A stretch of 64,000 nt of DNA. Source: Octopus vulgaris. Its lineage: Eukaryota. The stretch covers positions 132,618,001 through 132,682,000 of the forward strand of contig OX597815.1 in NCBI GenBank assembly GCA_951406725.2. The letters are read 5' to 3'. The notes under the pieces are model-generated. The model had not been told where the DNA came from, searched no databases, and worked only from the letters and a program-made list of their open reading frames with translations. Every line of letters begins with the position of its first letter. Position 1 is the stretch's first letter. Made by a program: the position numbers and the translations under genes. Positions 53,512 to 64,000 of this stretch are shown here, in pieces.

Positions 53512-56022
53512 GTAGCTTGCTTACCACTTAAACGCATGCGCTTTTGTTAGTGTTGTTCTTGGCACTAAGGAAGTCGTACGCTGTTTTGTAGCTGCGAATT
53601 AATGTCAAAAAGAGCTCGACTGTAAGGTAAGGGTTTTGTTTTTGGGGGTCCAGTGGGAGTTTGTTGTTTGGTGGGTAATATTTTTTCCCGGGCAAGAAGT
53701 CCTCACTGGATTCTAGACATTTCTCGGCTTGCAGTCGAACATTGTTGTTAACTTAAGGTGAATTGTTTTGATGTGCCTGTCTTGCCGCCAAGAAGTCAAA
53801 GTGTTAATTTTTTTTCTTTGTAGCTGCTAGTTGAATTACCAGTGAACAGAGGAATTTTGCCTGAAATATTAATTTTGTTCCTGCTGACGGACATTTTTGT
53901 GAACTGTCTTCGTGTTCTGAAATCTGTTCCTGTTTTTGGAGCAGGAGTTAGGCCAAGGAGTACTCAAGTGGCCGAAGATTCTATGTCTGTTTATCTGTTT
54001 TTGTTTTCTTTCTTCCTTGTCTATTATTTTTGGTTTTTCTTCTATCCTCTTCTATTACATATTTTTCCTTCTTTCTCTTTTTATTTTTTCCTTCATACTT
54101 TTGTATTTTCCTTTTATATCTATAATTTTTTCCCCTTTTATTTTAATTTTCTGGACTTTTTATGAACATGGCTCAGTGTTACTCTTGGCACTAAGGAAGT
54201 CGCACGTTATTTTGTAGATGCAAATTATTGACGAAAAGAGCTCAACTGTAGTTTAAGTCTTACTGTTTTGGGGTCCAGTGGAGTTTGTTGTTTGGTGTGT
54301 AATATTTTTCCCAGGCAAGGAGTCCTCACTGGATTCTGGACATTTGTCGGCTTGCAGTTTAGCATTATTGTTCACTTAAGGCGAATTGTTTTGGTGGGCG
54401 TGTCTCGACACCAAAAGTTCGAACTGTGAATTTAAACATAATGCCAGCAGTACAAATTGACCGGGAGGTTTTTTGTGGAGCTGCCGTCATTTGAACTGTC
54501 GTCGCCTTCAGAACTTTTATTGTGTTTCAAACTTTTATCTTACGTTCTTTCCTTTCTATTCTATTGTTGCGATTTTTCTCTGTCTTCCTTCCAACTGTTT
54601 TCTTTTTTCTGGAATCTTCATTTTTGTAAGGACTATTTTGTGAAGTTTTTTTTTTTTTAAAGAGAAGTATGGTGAAAAAGATGAACAATGTCTTGGAGTT
54701 GGAGATTATTCCACCCAAAGAGTGGCATAAACAACAAGAGGAGAAGACAGTGGTGTTGAGAATGTATTCGAAACGCCATTGCCGTCTTCTCCGAGCAGGA
54801 GATTGAAGTGGAGTTGGCAGAATATCTGCTAACTGTGAAATTTATTGCCCGGGGTGTCAGATACGCAACGATTTGGTTGCTATTTGACACGCCGGAGAAG
54901 GTTCGTATTTCTGCGAGCCAGCCCCTGGAGGGCAATAGAATGTTATTTCTTCCTACGTATTGTGGGAGGAAGTTGACGAGGGCCTGGATTTGCTTTTTGC
55001 CACCCAATATTCAACCAGGGTGGATAGAGGATACTATCCGTCGGGATCTAGGTGGCAGCAGCACTAGGCTCCTCAGTGTAAAATTGTTACCAGTGGCTGA
55101 TTGGGTCGGGTCAAAAGTGGTTTTGACCCTGTGGACCCAATCAGTAAAAAATTTAGTTTTCCCTGACTTTCTTACCATGGCTGGGTGCAGGTACCCGGTG
55201 ATCCTTGAGGTTTGCCCCCCCCCACCAAGTGTCACCGGTGCCTGGAACCTAGCCACATAAAAAGAACTGCCCCCTGGACCAAAGAAGGGTCCTGGAGCAG
55301 TTGGTTGCTACCTCTTTAGAAGAGGGAATGGAGGTGGTCGAGGAGGCGGAGGTCTCCTTAAAGAAGGGCCGCAAGAAGAAGAAGGTGAGCAACAATGGTT
55401 GAGAAAGGAAGAGAAAGATAAACGGGACATTGTCGGCAGTCGGTAACACAATACCGGCATGTCCCAGAACTTCGTCGGTGGAAATTGTACCACTGATGGG
55501 TGAAGAGCCATCGTCGGTGGGAATTGTGCCACTAGCAGTGGAGGAACCTTCATCGGTGGGAACTGTGCCACCGACGGTGGAAGAAACGACCCCGCCCCCT
55601 GTAGACGAGGAATTACTTGTCTTCTACAGAGGCGGTGGTAGAAAAATGGTGGAGGAAATCCAAGGGAGAGTACATCTGGCCAGCATACTGGACCCCGCCG
55701 AATGGCCTCCGCAGATAAATGTGGAGGTTATCCAAGGTGCAAAAACTGAAAAAAAACTGAAAGAGGAGTTTCACTTATGGCTGGATTGCCCTAATACGTC
55801 ATACGCCACATTTTTGAATGAGGAATGGGGAATGGTGGGGTATGGGGTCATAAGCGATACTGAAGTTGATAGACATTAGTGTTAAATAGTAAGAGGTTTT
55901 GAAACCTCATCCTATTTTAAAGAAACGGCGGTCGGCGGTCGGCGTTCATTTCCCCCATTCGTGCATATATTTTTCATTTCATCTTATTAATGTAAATGTC
56001 CAGCCCGCAGCTACATCTGTGT
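53512..56022 (+). mobile_element. ORF1-only non-LTR element, copy 2 (repeat-containing 5'UTR; frameshifted ORF ~54669-55879)
   Basis: MVKKMNNVLELEIIPP...ASQPLEGNRMLFLPTYCGRKLTRA...YPVILE...KCHRCLEPSHIK(K)NCP (CCHC knuckle after a 1-nt frameshift). No EN/RT before the 3' segment homologous to copy 1. Confidence 0.75.
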
Positions 56023-56040
56023 AATGCCCTTGTGGCAAAT

Positions 56041-56514
<474 letters not shown>

Positions 56515-56573
56515 TATAAATATATATATAAGTTCCATCTTTCTCTCTCTTTTTCTCTTTATCTCTCTCTCTC

Positions 56574-56652
<79 letters not shown>

Positions 56653-56889
56653 CTCATACTGGGGAAGAGTACAAACCACATGAACACAAATTCACTCTGA
56701 ATACGTTATGTATTATACAGTTATGTATATACGTTTTTCACGTTTTGAAACGTTGAAAATTTCGATTTATATATAGTCGCACAATAGCTTAACAACTAAA
56801 TTCAACAATGAAACGCAAGCAAATCCTGTGGTCTATTCTCATAAATATGTATTCGAAAATTTCGCAGAATTTCAAAGATAGTTGAACCG

Positions 56890-56940
<51 letters not shown>

Positions 56941-57295
56941 TCAGATTTATATTTAAACAAACGTTAAAACATAATATGTTAACTACCGCATATTCTATTT
57001 TAATCACAAAGAAATGTTTTTATTTATTCTTCTACAAAACATAAATGAAACAACTTTTAGGACCGAATCACCTGTAGATATCGGAGTATAATTTGACACA
57101 AAAATGAGAAACTCGATATTCTATCTCACCATAGAGAGAAATAGTTGTGTAATTAAAATGTCCAATTCGCAGACACTCTTTAATGGGTTCAGTGACACTG
57201 GACGGCAACTTTGCCAAATGGTTTCTGCTACAGACCTGCGCCAACCAATTCTTTGTGAGCGAGCTTGGCAGAAGGAAACTGTGTAGAAGCCCGTC

Positions 57296-57353
<58 letters not shown>

Positions 57354-57549
57354 AGAGCTTACGAAAAAAACAAAAGACGAAGATATGTGGTCTACAAAAC
57401 AACAGATGTATTAGTATAACGCTCAGGAATAGAAAAGTCTTTTACGTTTCGAGCCTACGCTCTTCTACAGAAAGGGACACAGAAAAAACAAGGAGAGAGA
57501 CAAGGAGAGAAAAAATGTGTATAATGGCTAACAATCTATCATGGCGACT

Positions 57550-57590
<41 letters not shown>

Positions 57591-57805
57591 GTGTGCGTGG
57601 GTGTTTCTATTCCTGTTTCCATCATTTCAGAACAAGTGTTGGTTTGCTTACGTTCCAGTATATTAACGATTCAGAAATAGGGAAAGATAGAATGAATACC
57701 ACACTGTTGGTGTCGATTTGTTTAACTAATCACTTCCGCGCAGTGCTCCAGTATGTTTGTAGTCGAATGACTGAAAGAAGAAAATAATACTTTATTAATA
57801 TTAGC

Positions 57806-58195
57806 TTCAAAGTTTGGCACAAGACCACCAATTTTGGAGGAATGTCGATTACATTGACCCCAGTTCTCACCTAGCACTTATTTTATCAACTCCGCAAAAA
57901 GTCGACCCCTGCGGAATTTTCACTCAGAACAAAGACGGTCGAAATGCCGCTAAGCATTTTATCCGGCGTGCTTACGGCTTTACCTATTTCTTTACTACCC
58001 ACAAGGGGCTAAACACAGAGAGGACAAACAAGGACAGACAAACGGGTTAAGTCGATTATATCGACCCCAGTGCGTAACTGGTACTTAATTTATCGACCCC
58101 GAAAGGATGAAATCGGAATTTGTACTTAGAACCTAGCGGCAGAGGAAATACTGCTAAGCATTTCATCCGGCGTGCTAACGGCTTTACCATCTCGC
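57806..58195 (-). mobile_element. Two family A SINEs, the second with an alternative Tx1-like 3' tail
   Basis: Family A core; tail TTCTTTACTACCCACAAGGGGCTAAACACAGAGAGGACAA at 57988-58027. Confidence 0.8.
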
Positions 58196-58651
58196 CACAG
58201 TCATCATCCTGGACAAAGAAATATCTCTATAATGTATATAACAAAACAGAAAGTGAATTTCATATCCCGGCCATTACGTAACTATACTCTTCCGAAGACG
58301 AGGATACACGAGTTTCAAGTTTCAGTAACTTTGCTTCAAACACTAAATCAAATTTCAAAATCTTTTCATCTCCTTAAAAACAAGTGCTCCAATTCTATTT
58401 AATATTCATTTCTGTAGTTGTACAACAGCATCAAAACGAAGTTTAAGAAAATCAAGATCAAGAACAGCGGCGACATTGATGGTAGTTGCAGCAACAGTAA
58501 TCACTTGACTTCAGAAGTGACTACGTGACTTGACTTGACTGCCCCTTGCAAAACTGCAACCCCAACCGCCACCGTTTAAACATTTAGAACATATTTTTCT
58601 TCTCTCTAATTACCTTGATTAATTTCTTTCAACCGACCTTCTATATTAATT

Positions 58652-58653
58652 AC

Positions 58654-58717
<64 letters not shown>

Positions 58718-58926
58718 TACTATTACTATTATTACTACTACTACTACTACTATTATACTACTACTACTATACTACTACTACCACTACTACCACTACTATT
58801 ACTACTACTACTACTATTACTAGTACTACTAATACTACTACTACTATTACACTACTACTATACTACTACAACTACTATTACTACTACTACTACTACTATA
58901 CTACTACTACTATACTACTACTACTA

Positions 58927-58968
<42 letters not shown>

Positions 58969-58978
58969 CACTACTACT
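58652..58978. repeat. (TAC)n degenerate microsatellite
   Basis: Direct reading. Confidence 0.95.
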
Positions 58979-59183
58979 GATTCTCTATCTTCATTCCAGG
59001 GCAATATTTTTTCCAGATCCGTATAGAATGTTGTTTTTGCAAAACGTCAAGCAAAATGGCGCATAGGAAGGTAGTGTCTTGATGATTTCTCTCGACCGCA
59101 GCGAATCTCGCGTGGAATTTCCACAGAAATATGACGTTATCAACGACATGTTGCATAAGAAGGTAGTATAGTATGTATGTATG

Positions 59184-59214
<31 letters not shown>

Positions 59215-61116
59215 TGCAGAAAAAAACCTGTAATATACATATGCAGATGTAACGATGTATGAATAATATATGATATAAGATCGTGTATCGTTACATCTAT
59301 TAAAAAAAATTAAAGTGACATCTGACATACCTTCTTGTTTTATTCAAATTTTCATAGGTCTCGCACGTTAATATTTTTAATATATGCAATGAGGAGCTTG
59401 CAGCATCATTAGTACACCGTGCAAAATGCTTACCGACATTTTGTTCGTTATTACGTTTTGATTTCAAAATCCACCGAGGTCGACATTCCATTTTCTCCCC
59501 TTTTAGAGTCGATAAAATGAGTACCAGTTTAATATTGGGGTTGATGTAATCAACCTGTCCCATTCTTCGAAATTGCTGGCCTTGAGCCAAGATTTTGAAA
59601 TCAATATTTATAACGTATAAACATATTTTTACATAAAAAGCAAATAAGTAACACTGGTGGCCAGGTATCAATGTATTACAACCGTTTCAAGCGGTTCACT
59701 TTAATCGATCAATTACATCAATTTTAAAGAAACCACTGTAGTATAAGGACAAACCATTTAATTAGCACAATTTATACCAGTACTAGAAACCAAAATAACT
59801 ACATTGTTTCCTTTTCCTCAATGCAATTATTTTGTTTCTAATACTGGTGCAAATTGTGCTAAATAATGGTTTATCCTTTATATTGGGAATCTATAGGGTC
59901 ATCTGCGTCTGAGGAGAGCGGTTTGTTTCAAACTGATGTAATGCTTTCATAGATCAATTAAAAGGAGCCGCTTGAAACGGCTGTAATGTATTGATATCTG
60001 GACAGCTTTGCTACTTATTTGCTTTTTACTTACCTCACTTCGAGCAACGCGAACTTTACCGAACCGGCTTGGTACCTCAATTTAAGTACTTAATTGAACT
60101 GAATTTCAATTATATTTTATATTTTTACATATTTTCTTAAAGTTGAAGAATTGAGGGATCAAATAGGTGTCTGAAATCTTTGAGTACATGGTTGATGTTT
60201 TCTGCCACGGCACTGACTACATCAAAGTAACGTAGAAGAGTATTTTGGAATTTGTTTGAAGCCAAAATTCATCTGAATCTACCATATGTTTATTTACTTC
60301 ATAATTTTTTTTCATCTTATCTGATTTCACAAAAATATTCTGCTCTTTATTTTGTTCCATTCTCTGTAAAGATCTTTTAGAAAAGTTTCTTTATCATGGA
60401 AATAAACCATTTTCAAATGATTGCTGATAAAAAGTTGCAGGATAGAATTTAAGAGGTTTTAGCCCCTAATTCTTTTTTATTATATCATTATATATATATT
60501 TTATTATATTATCAACACATTTTCATTTATCAAATAAATATTGCAGCCATATGTTTTTATTATGCATTTAAAGTAAACATTTCGTAGGGGAAGTGTGCTT
60601 TATCATAATTAGAAACAGCAAATGAATTCGTTACATACCTTTTTGCGTTAAAAAGGCTTCACTTGCGTAATGAGAAAATATATTAAGATTAATGCAGTAA
60701 GATGATAATTAGCTGAAAATGCTTACTGTCAAATTATTGAATACTTCCAATAGAATCAAATGTAGGGGTAGAATCTGACTGAATGTTTTGCCATTCAAGG
60801 TCCTTTCAAACTAAGAGCAAAACAGAATTTCTACACAATTATATATGAAAATATTATAATGTTGTCAAATTACCAGGCTATGAATCCTGTGGAAAATTTT
60901 CCAACCACAATTACATTCATATTTCTCATAGACAACAATATTCCATTTTCAAATTAAATTCACCGTTAAGTTAAAAATTTTAATAACCCATTTAGATTTC
61001 AAATTTCAATTTGTTACTTATGCCCAAACTCCAAAACATGGATGGATGGACGGACGAACGGACGGATGGGTGGATGGATGGATGGATTGATGGATGGATT
61101 TATCGATCAGTCGAAC

Positions 61117-61205
<89 letters not shown>

Positions 61206-61639
61206 ACACAACCGGTGTGAATTTCGAAAGGAACCAAGATCCTGAAGAAAACAGATATTATGTCTACATGTATAAAACTGTATATAACAATAACTGTTTT
61301 TTGTTTGGGTTTTTTTTTCATGGCTTAAGTACATTGTGCTCTTCTCCTGCCAATAAATTTGATTTGATTTGATTTGATCAACTACATTATGAATGAATAT
61401 ACTATGAAACAGCAGTTTGAAACTAATATCTACACCTGAAGGAATATATCGAAAACGTTTTGTGAATTTTGTGTATAATCAAAACTAAATATGAGCTGCT
61501 ACAAACCTGCTTCACATGGTATCATTCCCTGGAGACAGTTATTCAGTATGTAGACATACTTCTCTCTTGATTGTTATACTGCTAACGCTCTATAAAGAAG
61601 TTTGTTGTTTTTTTTGTTAGAAAATGAGGGAAATCATTT

Positions 61640-61890
61640 CCGTCAAGTCCATCTCACAACCTCTATCGCCATAGCCACGACACAGAGAAACACCACCTGC
61701 GCTGCCTTATTCATGGTGGTAGAGCTGTAGGAGGATCCTCACGGGGGACTCGGTCGATAGTTGGGCTTCTCTTTCACGCAACAACAGCTGTTCTACGTAA
61801 TTCCAATTATCAGCAATACTTGAATACAACACGGGAATCTGCTGTACGGTTTCTTTGCTCAGCGAACATCTCAGACATCCTGCATGACGA
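61640..61890 (-). pseudogene. Degraded Tx1-like ORF2 C-terminal fragment
   Basis: CLRCSLSKETVQ....SIADNWNYVEQLL...ESPVRI: degenerate CxxC..ETxxH..C..W knuckle region. Confidence 0.5.
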
Positions 61891-62569
61891 TTCATCGGCA
61901 CAAGTATATGGTTATAACGACATGCATATACAGAGCAGCTGGGAATATAGACGCATTTATACATCCGTACATATCTATGAACAGAACAATCGCATAAACT
62001 CATATACATACACAGAGATACATATTGTCTCGTGGTTACAGGAAAGTATACATACGAATGAGTGGGCTAACGAAAGAAACATTTGGGAAGAATTACATGT
62101 ATTATTTAACAAACGTTTCACCCTGCTCCATGCATCTAAAACTCATTAAGTACCTAGAGAAGTGTGTGTGTGTGTATTTGTGTCTGTATGTTTGGCTGTT
62201 TGTCTCTTCGTTTCCTTGTGTTAATATCTGCTTTTGTAAATACAATTCTAAGAGTATCTTTTTAATTGTATGATTGGCATATTAAATGAAGAGTTGAATT
62301 TAAAATTAGTCCGATAGATAATTAAAAATGTCGTGATAAATTGTAATTGATGTTGAAATATACAAAATAATTATTGTAAATTTTATATCAAATTGTAATA
62401 AACATATTTAGAAAGCGAAGCGTAGGATGTTAATAATTGAAAGGGTGATGTAAAATATATTATGAATATCAGATGTGGCTATGAAGAAAAAGGAAGAAAA
62501 ATATATGATACGAATAAAAAAAAGGAACTTCTAATAAATAAGACAGCAAGTATATTTGAAAATATTACT

Positions 62570-62789
62570 AATTTTGGTGCAAGACTAACAATTTCGAGGG
62601 GTGGTGCTTCATCATTAACATCGACTTCAATGTACGAATCGAAATTTATTTTTATTTAGCCCGTCAGGATGAACGGCATTGACCAGTATGAAATTCGAAA
62701 CCAGTGAGTAAAGTGTTTGAAAACTGGTCGCTGAGCATTTTGTCTGGTGCGCTAACAATTCTGCCCGTCATCACCAGAACAACAACAAC

Positions 62790-62849
<60 letters not shown>

Positions 62850-63502
62850 CCTTCCTACAATAGGCACAAGGCCTGAAATTTAGGAGGTAGAGAGTCGATT
62901 ACATCAGCCCCAGTACTCAACTGGTACTTAATTCATCGACCTCGTAAGCATGTAAGAATAAAGTCGACTTCGGCAGAATTTGAACTCAGAACGTAGCGAT
63001 GGGCGAAATATCGCTAAGCATTTCACCCGGCGCGCTAGCTTGCCGCCTTAAATTATTTCAAATTTTTGCCACAACGGCAGCTTGGGGAACGTGTGGATGA
63101 GTCGATTACATCGAGCCCAGTCTTTAACTGGTACTTATTTTATCGACCCCGAAAGGATGAAAGTCAAAGTCGACCTCAGCCGAATTTGATCTCAGAACCT
63201 AGCGATGGACAAAATACCGATAAGCATTTCGCCCGGAGCGCTAACGATTCTGCCAGGACACCGCTTTAATCACGATGATATTAATTATTATTATTTTTTC
63301 TACTCTAGGCCTTGAAAATTTAAGGGGAAGGGGCTAGTCGATTATATCTGCTCCAGTGCGTGACTGGTACTTATTTCATCGACACCGAAAGGATGAAAGC
63401 AAAGTCGATCTCGGTAGAATTTGAACTCATCGCGTAGCGACGGGCGTTATACTGCTAAGCATTTCGCCCAGCGTGCTAGCGGTTCTGGCAGCTTACCGCT
63501 TT
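62570..63502 (-). mobile_element. Array of four family A SINEs
   Basis: Copies at ~62570-62770, 62849-63050, 63056-63267 and 63297-63502. Confidence 0.85.
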
Positions 63503-63540
63503 AATAATAATAATTATTATTAATAATAATAATTATTATT

Positions 63541-63614
<74 letters not shown>

Positions 63615-63633
63615 TAATAATAATAATAATAAT

Positions 63634-64000
63634 AATGCAGTACCAGGCAGTGGCTCCCATGGCTTCTGATCTTAACTGATTGGAAGTGTTATCATGTACA
63701 TTGTTTTGTCTTGGTATAAAAGATGGGCTACAGCAAATATTCTGCTCAATACCACAGATTTGCTTGTCAGTTGTTTGACCTTAACCATTTGAGCATGTCC
63801 CTTAGTGGCTGACGATATGTGCATCTCTAATCACGAGCAGAAGTAGTGGGGAAGCATCATAGCCATGTGTTGAGAGGGATTCTTTGGGGTTTGAATAATT
63901 CACCTCTGGAAACATGGGTGGTTCTTTCAACATCCTTAACCAACCCTTATTCAGGGACGTTTTGAGCAGGATGGGCTACTCAACCTGAAGAATTTTCTAA
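63634..64000 (-). mobile_element. Family C element, runs off the window
   Basis: ATGCAGTACCAGGCAGTGGCTCCCATGGCTTCTGATC... directly after (AAT)n. Confidence 0.85.

Noticed and set aside
62570-63502. CRISPR-like repeat-spacer array
   Set aside because: Units are ~200-bp SINEs in eukaryotic DNA; no cas genes and no unique spacers.

Overview
AT-rich eukaryotic DNA dominated by microsatellites and transposons. The SINE families resemble those of octopus/coleoid cephalopods (inference from repeat content only). Most ORF-track entries are microsatellite translations and are not genes. The only convincing host-gene piece is a terminal coding exon (2000-2210, +) encoding two tandem C-C-CC-C-C (knottin-like) modules. 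Mobile DNA includes a near-intact Penelope-like element with inverted pseudo-LTRs, a Naiad-like PLE remnant, mariner and two Tc1 elements, MITEs, Helitron/HINE remnants, R4/Dong-like and Tx1-like LINE remnants, ORF1-only elements and at least four tRNA-SINE families. Highlights: (i) (TA)n-embedded fold-back palindromes carrying minimal hammerhead-ribozyme motifs, including U3-A8 core variants; (ii) a 3' tail shared by a Tx1 LINE, a tandem ORF1-only element and a SINE variant; (iii) the double-knottin peptide; (iv) a templated inverted insertion into an R4 RT. Coordinates were read by eye; repeat ends may be off by a few bases. No database searches or folding programs were run.
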